Notes under the pieces: model-generated | Seen by the model: the letters and a program-made list of their open reading frames with translations, nothing else | What the model was told of the DNA's origin: nothing | Database searches by the model: none | Made by a program: the position numbers and the translations under genes | Shown: positions 1 through 8,738 of the stretch, in pieces | How positions within the stretch are numbered: the first letter of the stretch is position 1 | Layout of the letters: the number at the start of each line of letters is the position of its first letter | NCBI GenBank assembly: GCA_031361415.1 | Contig: JANMCU010000038.1 | Location: forward strand, 1 to 42,222 | DNA length: 42,222 nt | Reading direction: 5' to 3' | Source: Chloroflexota bacterium | GTDB taxonomy: Bacteria > Chloroflexota > Limnocylindria > Limnocylindrales > CSP1-4

Positions 1-90
1 AATCCTTTTCGACTTGAAACGACTTATCTTGCTCTATGACGTGTTTTGATTTATATAATTATTTTTTTATTTATACGGAGAACACAGTGA
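1..90. other. AT-rich terminal stub, compositionally foreign to the rest of the window (junction with a mobile element end, or an assembly or vector chimera)
   Basis: Hand count gives 26 G+C in 90 nt (29%), against a GC-rich remainder. It contains TATAAT (54-59), a direct CGACTT repeat (10-15 and 20-25) and GGAG (77-80). Composition flips within about 10 nt near 88-95, inside an open reading frame. Confidence 0.5.
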
Positions 91-757
91 TCTACACACC
101 TGGTTCGACACCGCTGGGGAACCTCAGGTCGACGTCAACGAGCGCTGGTGCCCAATTCGTGAACGAATCACCCTGATCTGTCGATCGTCCCTCGAACGTC
201 CCGGTCCAGCGCGAGACGCCGTCGCGGAACGGCTCCTCCCGGGCTGGAATGCCTTCGACCGGCTCGCGTCCCCGTCTGCCCGTGATCTGATCGCGATGCT
301 CGATCAGGATCCGCAGCCGCTCGTGGACGTTCTTGAGATGCAGCCCCGAACCCTCATTCACGGAGACCTCAAGCTCGCCAACGTCGGGATTGCAAGGGAT
401 GGTGGGATCGAAACGGTCGATTGGCAGATGGTGAGCATCGCTCCGATTGCCATCGAGATCGGTTGGTTCCTCGTTTCCAACGTTGCCTCGTTGCCGGCCG
501 CCCCCGACGACGTGATCGGCAAGTATCGAACCCATCTTGCCAGGGGCTACCTCGACCCCGACGATGGTTGGGTCGAAGGCAACACGTTCGAGGGTGACGG
601 CATCCACGCCGCGATCCTCGTCGGGCTGCTCCTGCGTGGATGGCGCAAGGGCATGGACGCCGATGCCGGAATCACGCACGCATCGGGCGTCAGCGCGGCC
701 GACGATCTCGCGTGGTGGTGCGAACGTGCCGTCGAGGCCGCCGACCGGCTGTTCTGA
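89..757 (+). pseudogene. 5'-truncated aminoglycoside/choline-kinase-type phosphotransferase (APH family) gene fragment
   Basis: The frame of ORF 296..757 is open upstream to position 59 and reads continuously (WFDTAGEPQVDV...ARDLIAMLDQ). The catalytic loop LIHGDLKLANVG followed by VDWQ is typical of the APH/ChoK kinase C-lobe. The N-terminal nucleotide-binding lobe is missing and the frame runs into the AT-rich stub. Confidence 0.6.
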
Positions 758-760
758 GGC

Positions 761-1430
761 CTACAGGAACACGATCGCGCTGCGAGCGGGCTGGGTACCC
801 GCGCGGAGGGCGCGAAACGTCCCGCGTGAATCGCGGCTGAAGCCGGCGAACGATGCCGGCGCCGCCTCGAGTGCTCGGCGGTTCCGACGGGTGTCGGCGA
901 CGAGCAGGATGAGCACGTCAATCCCGCCATCCCGCTGCTTGCGGTTGAGCCGGCGCTCGAGGGCCTGGAGGTCGTCGAGAACGGTCTCGGCTTCGACGGC
1001 GATCCGCCACCCTCGACCCTCGATGAGCAGGTCCCACGCTCGCAGGTCCCCTCGGATCGGCAGCAGGACCTCGGTTCGGCATCCGAGACTCACATGGACG
1101 CTCGTCCGAAAGCGAGCCAGGAGGCGCTGCTGGCCGGCGTCCCGGATGGGATCGCCGGCTGGAAAGGCGCGCAGGACGAGATCGAGCCCGACCGTTGCAC
1201 ACCAAGCACCGAGATCCTGAATCGGGCAGGTGATCGGTCCTGCCGCGCTCGAACCGAAGAAGCTGCTGATGGGAGGTGCCCGTCGCCCGCGCGACGACTC
1301 GCAGGCTCAAGCCGGCTCCGATGCGGGCGGAACGCAGATCGCGGCCGAGGTGCTGGAAGGCCTCGCTGGCTCGGCGTCGCCCGCGATCCGCCGGCCGCTC
1401 CCTCGTGCTCACCTTTCGATCATGACCCAC
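761..1430 (-). pseudogene. Frameshifted gene for an XRE-type HTH protein with a conserved C-terminal nuclease-like (D..E.E) domain
   Basis: The HTH (LSLRVVARATGTSHQQLLRFERG) lies in the 918..1430 frame. The conserved C-terminal part (DLGAWCATVGLDLVLRAFPAGDPIRDAGQQRLLARF...TEVLLPIRGDLRAWDLLIEGRGWRIAVEAETVLDDLQALERRL...ILLVADTRRNRRAL) lies in the 761..1093 frame, which I translated as open upstream to about 1260. The frames meet near 1236-1245 (ttc gag cgc ggc a gga ccg atc). After that point the HTH frame is R/P/S-rich nonsense. Confidence 0.6.
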
Positions 1431-1663
1431 GGCGATTTGCTGGCGATTATCTGATCAGGCCGATCCTGGTGGTCGGCCGACGCTGGTCCGACCCACGGAC
1501 CAAGCGACAGCCGGGTCGACCGCCCGGGCACGCGTTTGGCTGCCCAACCGTCGTTCGGTCCTCCAGATGGACCGCTGGACCGTGAAACTGCCACATCGGC
1601 GCTCTCCGAGGGACGAGCCGGCATGTCGAGCGTCGCTTGGTCCATGATGCGGACCAGAGACGA

Positions 1664-2278
1664 TCAGGCCGGGGCCAGACGCGCCCAATCCGTTCGTCTG
1701 AGCCGATACAGGACGTGCGGACGAAGCGGGTCGTCCTCCCCCAGCCTCGGGTGGTCGAAGTCATCGGCCGGGTCGCGGGTCATCCCGAGCCGCTCCATGA
1801 CCGCCCGTGAACGCACATTGGCAACGGTCGTGAACGAGACGATCTCGGCGAGCCCGAGGTCCGTGAACCCGAACCGGAGGGCGGCGCGAGCCGCCTCCGT
1901 CGCGTAGCCGTGGCCCCATGCGGCCGGGGCCAGTCGCCAGCCGACCTCGACACACGGCGTGAACGCCGCCTCGAACGATGGCGCGGCCAGCCCGACGAAG
2001 CCGAGGAACGCGCCGTCGTCCCTGCGCTCGACCGCCCACAGGCCGTGACCATCGCTCGCCCATCGAGCCACGATCCGGTCGATGAGGGCGTCGCTCGCGG
2101 CGCGGTCGAGCGGCGCCCCGAGGAACTCCGCGACCCGAGGGTCCGCATTCAGCTCGGCGAACGGCTCGAGATCGGCATCGAGCCACTCGCGCAACAGGAC
2201 GCGAGGCGTGAGCAGCCGCGGAATCGGCCCCTCACGCCGGCGCGGAGCGGCCGGCTCAACTCGGCGCGGCGAGGTCAC
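1664..2278 (-). CDS. GNAT family N-acetyltransferase (RimJ/RimL-like)
   Basis: 204-aa ORF with the typical acetyl-CoA-binding core: VGWRLAPAAWGHGYATEAARAALRFGF, then VANVRSRAVMERLGM. The start is uncertain by a few codons and overlaps the end of the upstream permease gene. Confidence 0.85.
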   Translation of the reverse strand: MTSPRRVEPAAPRRREGPIPRLLTPRVLLREWLDADLEPFAELNADPRVAEFLGAPLDRAASDALIDRIVARWASDGHGLWAVERRDDGAFLGFVGLAAPSFEAAFTPCVEVGWRLAPAAWGHGYATEAARAALRFGFTDLGLAEIVSFTTVANVRSRAVMERLGMTRDPADDFDHPRLGEDDPLRPHVLYRLRRTDWARLAPA

Positions 2279-3059
2279 GGCGCGGGAACACGACGAGGGC
2301 GACGCCGATCGCCACCGCGCCCGCGACCGCCAGGAGCGCGAACCCCCCGACGTCGAGGGTGCCGGTCAGCACGTCGCGCGAAGTGAGGTAGTGGAACAGC
2401 GAGAACTTCTGGAGACCCGCGGCGTCGGGCCAGAGCGAGCCGAGGATGTCGAGGAAGTAGGAGACGACCACGATCGCGACCGTCACCCCGAGCGCCGGTG
2501 ACAGACGGTCGAACGAGACCGATGCAGCCAGGCCGATCGCCGCGAACCCGCCCCACAGGAGCATCCCGTTGAGCCAAAGGGCCGGGAGGCGGGCGATCGG
2601 CAGGTCGGGCAGGACGCCGACGATCGTCGACCCCGCGATCGTCCCGAGCGACGCCGCGATCAGCACGAGGGCGATGAACAGCAGGACCGCCGCCAGGAGC
2701 GTGACGTACAGGCCGATCCGCGACAGCGGCCGGGCGAGGAGCACCTCGAGGGTGCCGCGCTGGCGCTCCCCCGCCACCGCCGAGGTCGAGAATCCGATCG
2801 CGAAGATCGAGACGAGGATGATCGAGATCGGGTGGACGTAGCCGAGCGCAATTGCACCCGCGAGGCTGAACACGTCGCCACCGCCGAAGTTCGTCAGCTG
2901 CTTCGGGATGATCCCGGAGTCGACGAGGGACTTCATCTGGATCCCGAACGAGTGGTAGATCACCGGCAGGAACGCATTCCATGCCGCCATGGCGAGACAG
3001 ACGATCAGGAGCTTCGTCCGCTGCGACCGCCACAGGTGGGCGAAGAGCGTGCGGTTCAT
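2256..3059 (-). CDS. ABC-2 type transporter permease
   Basis: 267-aa polytopic hydrophobic protein. Its start overlaps the stop of the upstream ABC ATPase gene by 4 nt (3056-3059), the typical ABC-2 exporter gene pair arrangement. Confidence 0.75.
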   Translation of the reverse strand: MNRTLFAHLWRSQRTKLLIVCLAMAAWNAFLPVIYHSFGIQMKSLVDSGIIPKQLTNFGGGDVFSLAGAIALGYVHPISIILVSIFAIGFSTSAVAGERQRGTLEVLLARPLSRIGLYVTLLAAVLLFIALVLIAASLGTIAGSTIVGVLPDLPIARLPALWLNGMLLWGGFAAIGLAASVSFDRLSPALGVTVAIVVVSYFLDILGSLWPDAAGLQKFSLFHYLTSRDVLTGTLDVGGFALLAVAGAVAIGVALVVFPRRDLAAPS

Positions 3060-4054
3060 CGGGTCACGCCGGAGCCGCCGACCGGGGCGAGCGCCCGGCC
3101 ACCCTCGTCGTCGGGCTCGGCATCCTCGTACAGCTCCAGGAAGGCCTCCTCGAGGTGGGCCGGCTCGATGGTGAGGTCCAGGACCCGGTGACCCGCGATC
3201 GCGGCCAGGAAGGGCCCGACGTCGCCCTCGAGCTGGCAGGTCAGCCGGCCATCGGCGGTCCGGCCGATCCCGCTGACGCCGGCGACGCCATCGAGGACAG
3301 GCAGGTCACCGTCGGCCGCCCGCAGCTCGACGTTCCGCTTGCGATGCTCGAGCAGGCTGGCGACGTCCTGGAGCGCGACGAGCCGGCCACGCCGGACGAT
3401 CGCGACGCGGTCACACACCCGCTCGACCTCGGACAGGACGTGCGACGAGAAGAAGATCGTCCGGCCGGCCGCCTTGAGGTCGTCGAGGATCGCATAGAAC
3501 GCTCGCTGCATCAGCGGGTCGAGGCCTTCGGTCGGCTCGTCCAGGATTGCGAGCTCGGGGTCGTGCTGGAGGGCCTGGATGATCCCGATCTTCTGGCGCA
3601 TCCCGCGCGAGTAGTCGCGGACCGGCCGACGGAGGGTCCGTGGCGACAACTCCAATCGATCGAGCAGCTCCGCCCGGCGAACCGGCGGCCGGCCCGTCAG
3701 CTCTCCGAGGTAGTCGAGGAGCCGCTCCCCGCTGAGCGAGTCGTACAGCGCGATCCCGCCCGGCAGGTAGCCGACCCGGCTGCGGATCGCGACGCTGTCG
3801 CGGACGATGTCGAGCCCCAGGACAGAGGCCGAGCCGGCGGTCGGGTGGAGATAGCCGAGCAGGAGCCGGATCGTCGTCGACTTGCCGGCCCCGTTCGGCC
3901 CGAGGAAGCCGAAGATCTCGCCCTCTGCGACGGAGATCGTGAGGTCCTCGAGCGCGCGGACCTCACCCCCGCCCCGGGCAGCACCGGGCCGGTGGATCGG
4001 CAGCTCGCGGTGGCCGTAGCGCTTCGTTAGGCCGGTCGTCGTCAGGGCATCCAT
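3056..4054 (-). CDS. ABC transporter ATP-binding protein (ABC-2 exporter partner)
   Basis: Walker A GPNGAGKSTT, Q-loop, signature-like YSRGMRQK, Walker B LAILDEPTEGLD and an H-loop SSHVL. I place the start at MDALTTTGLTKRYG (M90 of the 421-aa ORF). The longer ORF would overlap the divergent RidA gene. Confidence 0.9.
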   Translation of the reverse strand: MDALTTTGLTKRYGHRELPIHRPGAARGGGEVRALEDLTISVAEGEIFGFLGPNGAGKSTTIRLLLGYLHPTAGSASVLGLDIVRDSVAIRSRVGYLPGGIALYDSLSGERLLDYLGELTGRPPVRRAELLDRLELSPRTLRRPVRDYSRGMRQKIGIIQALQHDPELAILDEPTEGLDPLMQRAFYAILDDLKAAGRTIFFSSHVLSEVERVCDRVAIVRRGRLVALQDVASLLEHRKRNVELRAADGDLPVLDGVAGVSGIGRTADGRLTCQLEGDVGPFLAAIAGHRVLDLTIEPAHLEEAFLELYEDAEPDDEGGRALAPVGGSGVTR

Positions 4055-4154
4055 CGCGATGAAGCCTAGCGGAGCCACGCTCGATCCGGCATCCTCATCG
4101 AGAAACGACCTGTCGCCACGCTCGTCGTCCGTTCGGACCAGAGGAGCCTCGTCC

Positions 4155-4535
4155 ATGCCGAAGACCGTCCCCCACCTGCCCGGGCTCGAGCAGGGGTCGC
4201 TGCCGTTCTCCAAGGTCGTCGAGGCGAATGGGTTCGTCTTCCTGGCCGGCCAGATCGGCGACGCGCCGGGCTCGAACGGGCCGGTCCCGGGCGGCATCGA
4301 GGCCGAGACGCGCGCGACCATCGAAAACGTCAGCCGCCTGCTCGCGATCGTCGGACTCGGCTACGCGGACGTCGTCAAGTGCACTGTCTACCTCGTCGAC
4401 TTCGACGAGTTTCCGGCGATGAACGCGATCTATCGCGAGTACTTCCCGACCGACCCGCCGGCGCGCGTGACGTCCGAGGTCAGCCGGCTCGCCCTCGGCG
4501 CGAGGATCGAGATTGACGTGATCGCCGCTCGCTGA
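4155..4535 (+). CDS. RidA/YjgF family reactive-intermediate deaminase
   Basis: MPKTV...FVFLAGQIG...IEAETRATIENVSRLLAIVGLGYADVVKCTVYLVDFDEFPAMNAIYREYF...PARVTSEVSRLALGARIEIDVIAAR matches the YjgF/RidA fold signature. GAGGAG lies 8 nt upstream of the ATG at 4155. Confidence 0.9.
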   Translation: MPKTVPHLPGLEQGSLPFSKVVEANGFVFLAGQIGDAPGSNGPVPGGIEAETRATIENVSRLLAIVGLGYADVVKCTVYLVDFDEFPAMNAIYREYFPTDPPARVTSEVSRLALGARIEIDVIAAR

Positions 4536-4547
4536 CCCGGGCACGCC

Positions 4548-4579
4548 GACGCCCGCTCCGGCAGACCGGAACGGGCGTC
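4548..4579. terminator. Bidirectional stem-loop between convergent genes
   Basis: GACGCCCGCTCCGG-caga-CCGGAACGGGCGTC forms a 14-bp stem with one mismatch. It lies 13 nt after the RidA stop and 33 nt after the stop of the convergent transglycosylase gene. There is no clear U-tract. Confidence 0.5.
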
Positions 4580-4611
4580 GAGCGCCGGGCCTGGGGGAGG
4601 TCCGCGGTGGC

Positions 4612-5478
4612 TTACGTGCCGATGACGAGGTCGTCGATCGCGACCGGCCGGCCGCTGCTCGTGACCACGATCCTGAAGGTGTGATCGCCGGCGGCAAGCG
4701 CCCGCGAGAACAGGACCTTGCGGGCAGCGAAGACCGATCGGCGCAGGTCGACCGTCGCGACCGCCTTCCCGTCGATGTAGATGCGGGCGCTTCCGCGGGT
4801 CGGTCCGACCGGACCGATCCAGGCAACCCCGGTTCCGGTGAACGCGACCGTGGCCGAGGCCCCGGCCCGCGTCGCGTACTTCACCTGGTGGCCGGAATAG
4901 GCCGAGTAGCGAGCCGTCGTCCATGCCAGGCGGTACTGGATCGCGGCGGACGTCTCAGCGAGGCGCGTGTCGTTCGCGCTCATCCACGACGACGATGTCG
5001 ATCTGACCGTGAGGTTGCCCGCGATGTCGCCCGTGGATCCCATGATCGTCATGACCCGCTGAACGTACGAGCGCGAGAACGACGACCACAGGCTCGCACT
5101 CCGTTCGGATGAGCCGGTCAGCCACCAGTGGGCGACCGTCGGCCACGTGTCGAGCCACACACGCAGCGCGGTGGCCTTCCGGTGCGCGACCGTCTCCTGG
5201 TTCGTCGGCGTCTGGGGCGCCGTCGAGCTGCCGAGATAGAGCCTCGCCCAGCCCGCCCAGCTGGCCGGCATGATCTGGTACTTGCCGTAGGCGCCGCTGG
5301 TGGCGTTCCTTGCCGTGTAGCTCCCGCCCGACTCCACCTGGCCGAGCGCGTACAGGAAGCGCTCCAGCCCGGGCGGCGGCGTCGCGGAGTTCACGACCGC
5401 CGGAACGATCGAGACGAAGAGTGCCGCGACCAACAGGGCCACGGGGACCGCGCGACGGCGGCCAGCCACGTCTGGCAA
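4612..5478 (-). CDS. Secreted lytic transglycosylase-like protein with a C-terminal beta-sandwich (carbohydrate-binding-like) domain
   Basis: N-terminal signal/TM segment (RRRAVPVALLVAALFVSIVPAVV). SLT-type catalytic motif GQVESGGSYTARNATSGAYGKYQIMPASW. C-terminal FTGTGVAWIGPVGPTRGSARIYIDGKAV...GDHTFRIVV module. TTG start with GGAAGGAG 5 nt upstream. Confidence 0.75.
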   Translation of the reverse strand: MPDVAGRRRAVPVALLVAALFVSIVPAVVNSATPPPGLERFLYALGQVESGGSYTARNATSGAYGKYQIMPASWAGWARLYLGSSTAPQTPTNQETVAHRKATALRVWLDTWPTVAHWWLTGSSERSASLWSSFSRSYVQRVMTIMGSTGDIAGNLTVRSTSSSWMSANDTRLAETSAAIQYRLAWTTARYSAYSGHQVKYATRAGASATVAFTGTGVAWIGPVGPTRGSARIYIDGKAVATVDLRRSVFAARKVLFSRALAAGDHTFRIVVTSSGRPVAIDDLVIGT

Positions 5479-5724
5479 TGGTGCTCCTTCCTACCGGGTC
5501 GGCGCGGTGAGCGTGCCGAGCGATGGACGGACGAGAGCCGGGCGGAAGAGGGACGCAGGCGCGCGAGTGTTTCGGCGCGGGCGCCGCGGGGGTGAGCTCT
5601 CCGGCGGCAACGTCTTCGGTTCGGCCGTCGGTCTTCCGACCACGACCGCTTGGGGGTGTGGCCCAGCATACGTGCCATGTCCATACCCGGCATTGCAGCC
5701 GGCCCTCACCTCAGCCGAAGGACC

Positions 5725-6267
5725 TCAGGCGCGAGCGAGGAGGAACGCGGCGGTGCGGTCGAGCGCGTCGTCGAGCACGGGCTTCAGGGTGTGACCGAGC
5801 CGCGGATAGGTCACGAGCTCGGCGTCGGCCAGCAGGCCGACCTGGCGACGGAGGAGGTCGAGCTGGGCGAATGGATCCGCCTCGCCGGAGAGGAACAGGA
5901 CCGGACAGCGGATCGCCGGGAAATGCGCCGTTCGTTCTTCCGCCTTGCCGGGCGCGCCCGGCGGATGGAGCGGGAAGCTGAACAGGACGAGTGCCGCGTA
6001 GTCGGTTTCCGGCTCGGCGGCGGCAAGGCTTGCGACCCGACCGCCATACGACTGGCCACCGACCGCAATCGGGTGGCCGTCGGCCCCGTTGGCCGAGGGA
6101 CCGTCGGGCACGATCGCCCGGAATGCAGGGACCGCGGATTCAGCCTTCTTGAGCGGCAGGTCGATCGCCCGCGCGTCGACGCCACGAGCGACCAGACCGC
6201 GGACGTGGGCGGCCATGCTCGCCGCGGAGCCGCTCGCACCGTGGCCGACGTAGAATCGGATCGCCAT
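5725..6267 (-). CDS. Alpha/beta hydrolase family protein (COG3571/dienelactone-hydrolase-like)
   Basis: Nucleophile elbow GGQSYGGRVAS, later FLSGEADPF and GHTL. The start is taken at MAIRFYVGHGASGSA (M40 of the 219-aa ORF). Confidence 0.75.
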   Translation of the reverse strand: MAIRFYVGHGASGSAASMAAHVRGLVARGVDARAIDLPLKKAESAVPAFRAIVPDGPSANGADGHPIAVGGQSYGGRVASLAAAEPETDYAALVLFSFPLHPPGAPGKAEERTAHFPAIRCPVLFLSGEADPFAQLDLLRRQVGLLADAELVTYPRLGHTLKPVLDDALDRTAAFLLARA

Positions 6268-6389
6268 CACGAAAGGGTAGTCGGCGGCCGCCCGGGACAG
6301 CGGTCGCTCCAGCACGCACCGTGCTCGCGTGAGTTCGGCCCCGCCTGACCCGATCGGATGGGATCGCTGGCCCGGTCGGGCCATGGCCG

Positions 6390-7811
6390 GTGCGCGACCG
6401 CACCGTTCATGGTGATCGGACCACAGAGGAACCGATGCTGCTCAGTCCATCGCCCGGTCGCTCCGTCGAGCGTCCTCGCCCCACCGGCTCCCCGCCACCG
6501 CGACCTCCGTCGCGGCGTGCCCGCCGCCGCGGGTTCGGGCTCGTCCTCGCCACGACGCTCTCGCTCGCCCTGTCGGCGCTCGGTCCTGCCGCCCGGATCG
6601 CGACCGTGTCGGCCGACGGCGTGCCCGGCCTGCCGGACCTCACGTTCTACGGACGTGGGTACGGTCATGGCGTCGGGATGTCGCAGTACGGAGCACGCGG
6701 CCGCGCCCTCGCCGGCCAGCTGGCGCCGGAGATCCTCGGCCACTACTACGCGAAGACGACCCTCGGGACGCGGAGCACCGCGGCGGTCGTCCGGGTCCTG
6801 CTTCTGACCGGATTCGCGGCGACGTCCGCCAAGCCGCTGAGGGTCGCCGGACGGGTCGGGCCATTCACGATCGACGGGATCGCGACGATCTTCCCGATCG
6901 ACGCGACCCTGACCCTCGTCCCGACGGCTGCCGGGGCGACGAGCTGGTCGCTCAAGGTCGTCTCGGCGACCGGCGCGCCGCTCAAGACCGCGACGGTCAG
7001 CGGCGACGTCTACGTCCGACCGGCCACCGGTTCGAGCTATCTCCAGCTCCTCTCGAAGGCGACGACGACCAACCTGTATCGCGGCTTCCTGCGGATCCAC
7101 CTGACGAAGACGGCGGCCGTCGTCAACCACGTCACGATCGAACGCTATCTGCGCGGCGTCGTGCCGCTCGAGATGCCGTCGAGCTGGCCGGTCGAGGCGC
7201 TCAAGGCGCAGGCGATCGCCTCACGCTCCTACGCCCTGCGCCGAATCCGCTCGGCGACCTACCTGTTCGACCTCTACGACGACACCCGCTCGCAGGTCTA
7301 TCGCGGGCGGCGGGCAGAGACGACGGCCGGCAATGAGGCGGTGACCGCGACGAGCGGCTTCGTGCTGCTCAGTGGCACGTCTCTCGTCAACGCCCTGTTC
7401 CACTCGGCGGACGGCGGCTGGACCGAGAACAACGAGAACGTCTTCGTCAGCTCGACGGGATCGATGGTGGCGGGCGCGGTCTCGTACCTGCGGGGGTCGA
7501 GCGACCGCGCCCCGGACGGGACCTCGTACGACAAGGCCTCGCCATACGCGACGTGGCACACGGCGACCTACACCGCGGCGGCCCTGAGCGCGATCCTCGC
7601 GACCGACCCGCGCACGGCGGTCGGGATCCTGGCCCAGCTCGACCTGTCGAATCGCGGCGTGTCCGGCCGGCTGATCAGCGTCACGCTCGTCGGCCAGCTG
7701 GGCACGAAGACGGTCTCCGGCGACGTGTTCCGAGCCGTCTTCAACGCGGCCAAGCCGGCGGCCGACCCCGTCCTCCGTGGCACGCTCTTCGACATCGCCC
7801 CCATCCCCTGA
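6390..7811 (+). CDS. SpoIID/LytB domain protein (peptidoglycan-remodelling)
   Basis: FYGRGYGHGVGMSQYGARGRA, YLRGVVPLEMPSSWPVEALKAQAIASRSYA and FHSADGGWTENNENVF are SpoIID/LytB hallmarks. An N-terminal signal/TM segment is present. The start may be a few codons downstream (MLLSPS). Confidence 0.9.
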   Translation: MRDRTVHGDRTTEEPMLLSPSPGRSVERPRPTGSPPPRPPSRRARRRGFGLVLATTLSLALSALGPAARIATVSADGVPGLPDLTFYGRGYGHGVGMSQYGARGRALAGQLAPEILGHYYAKTTLGTRSTAAVVRVLLLTGFAATSAKPLRVAGRVGPFTIDGIATIFPIDATLTLVPTAAGATSWSLKVVSATGAPLKTATVSGDVYVRPATGSSYLQLLSKATTTNLYRGFLRIHLTKTAAVVNHVTIERYLRGVVPLEMPSSWPVEALKAQAIASRSYALRRIRSATYLFDLYDDTRSQVYRGRRAETTAGNEAVTATSGFVLLSGTSLVNALFHSADGGWTENNENVFVSSTGSMVAGAVSYLRGSSDRAPDGTSYDKASPYATWHTATYTAAALSAILATDPRTAVGILAQLDLSNRGVSGRLISVTLVGQLGTKTVSGDVFRAVFNAAKPAADPVLRGTLFDIAPIP

Positions 7812-7828
7812 CGGCGTATCGTCGGAGC

Positions 7829-8458
7829 GTGACCGATCCCGGGTTCGATCCGACCCTGCCCCGCTGCTCGTGGTCGAGCGCGACGAGCGCGCGGCCCGAT
7901 CCGGCGATGGTCCGCTACCACGACGAGGAATGGGGAGCGCCGTGTCACGACGACACGGAGCTGTTCGAACGGCTCACGCTCGAAGCGTTCCAGGCCGGCC
8001 TCAGTTGGTCGACGATCCTCCACAAGCGCGATGCGTTCCGGCTCGCGTTCGGCGGCTTCGATCCGGCGGTCGTCGCCCGGTTCGATGACGCGGACCGGAA
8101 CAGGCTGGTGGCCGATGCGGGGATCGTCCGGAACCGGGCGAAGATCGATTCGACCATCGGCAACGCCGCGGCCTGGCTGGCAACCGGGTCGGAGTTCGGA
8201 TCGGTCGACGTGTACCTCGCGACGATGGTGCCCGGACCGCCGGCCCGGCTCGGCGCCGAGGCTCGAGCGGGCGACATCCCGGCCCGAACCGCGACCTCGG
8301 ACGCACTGTCAGCCGATCTCCGGCGACGCGGGTTCCGGTTCGTCGGATCGACCATCGTGTACGCGCTCATGCAGAGCGTCGGACTCGTCGACGATCACCT
8401 GCCGAGCTGCTTCCGGTATGGCGCTCCCGTGCGCTCGTCAGGTCCTGCTCAGTCGTGA
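7829..8458 (+). CDS. tag: DNA-3-methyladenine glycosylase I
   Basis: RCSW....YHDEEWGAPCHDDTELFERLTLEAFQAGLSWSTILHKRDAFRLAFGGFDP...IVRNRAKI...FRFVGSTIVYALMQSVGLVDDHLPSCFRY matches Tag. GTG at 7829 is preceded by GGAG. The longer ORF would overlap spoIID. Confidence 0.9.
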   Translation: MTDPGFDPTLPRCSWSSATSARPDPAMVRYHDEEWGAPCHDDTELFERLTLEAFQAGLSWSTILHKRDAFRLAFGGFDPAVVARFDDADRNRLVADAGIVRNRAKIDSTIGNAAAWLATGSEFGSVDVYLATMVPGPPARLGAEARAGDIPARTATSDALSADLRRRGFRFVGSTIVYALMQSVGLVDDHLPSCFRYGAPVRSSGPAQS

Positions 8459-8495
8459 CACGCTAGCTGTCACGAACCGCGCGCAGTCTGGCGCC

Positions 8496-8633
8496 ATGAT
8501 CACCATCGAATGCACCTGGTGTGACGCGTCGCTCGTCCTCGACAGCCTCGACGTCCATACCGTCGACTGCCCGGATTGCCGCATCACCGTCGACATCGCC
8601 AGCGACCCGGAGCCGATCGCCATCGCCGCCTGA
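8496..8633 (+). CDS. Small (45 aa) CxxC...CxxC zinc-ribbon-like protein, function unknown
   Basis: MITIECTWCDASLVLDSLDVHTVDCPDCRITVDIASDPEPIAIAA. Third codon positions are almost all G/C, matching the coding bias. No clear SD. Confidence 0.5.
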   Translation: MITIECTWCDASLVLDSLDVHTVDCPDCRITVDIASDPEPIAIAA

Positions 8634-8738
8634 CGCAGCCGCGCTCGCGGTCCCGCCCTGCGCCCGTGCCCGTCGGCGCACGCTTCCACCCCGCCATACT
8701 GCGGCGAGCGCGTGAAGCCTCGTGCACTGGAGGATGGG

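Noticed and set aside
2981-4030. Long antisense or out-of-frame ORFs throughout the window, for example 2981..4030 +, 6267..7130 -, 12548..13726 +, 13627..14973 +, 17602..19086 +, 17795..19594 -, 31935..32975 - and 36465..37895 -.
   Set aside because: Their translations are R/P/G/A/S-rich low-complexity strings with no recognisable motifs. Each overlaps a strongly supported gene on the other strand or frame. These are the typical shadow ORFs of ~70% GC DNA.
5479-5724. Possible c-di-AMP (ydaO-type) riboswitch in the 245-nt spacer upstream of the secreted transglycosylase gene, a context where such riboswitches are common in actinobacteria.
   Set aside because: On the minus strand I find only a partial CCGAACC match. 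The conserved GGGGACCCA, GGGUGAAUCC and CAGCUAACCUCGUAAGCG blocks are absent. It could still be tested with cmsearch RF00379, but I cannot support it.
7841-7858. GGGTTCGATCC, a T-loop-like string suggestive of a tRNA.
   Set aside because: The flanking bases do not form a T-stem (CCGGG versus CGACC) and there is no acceptor or anticodon arm. It lies inside the N-terminal coding region of tag (DPGFDP).
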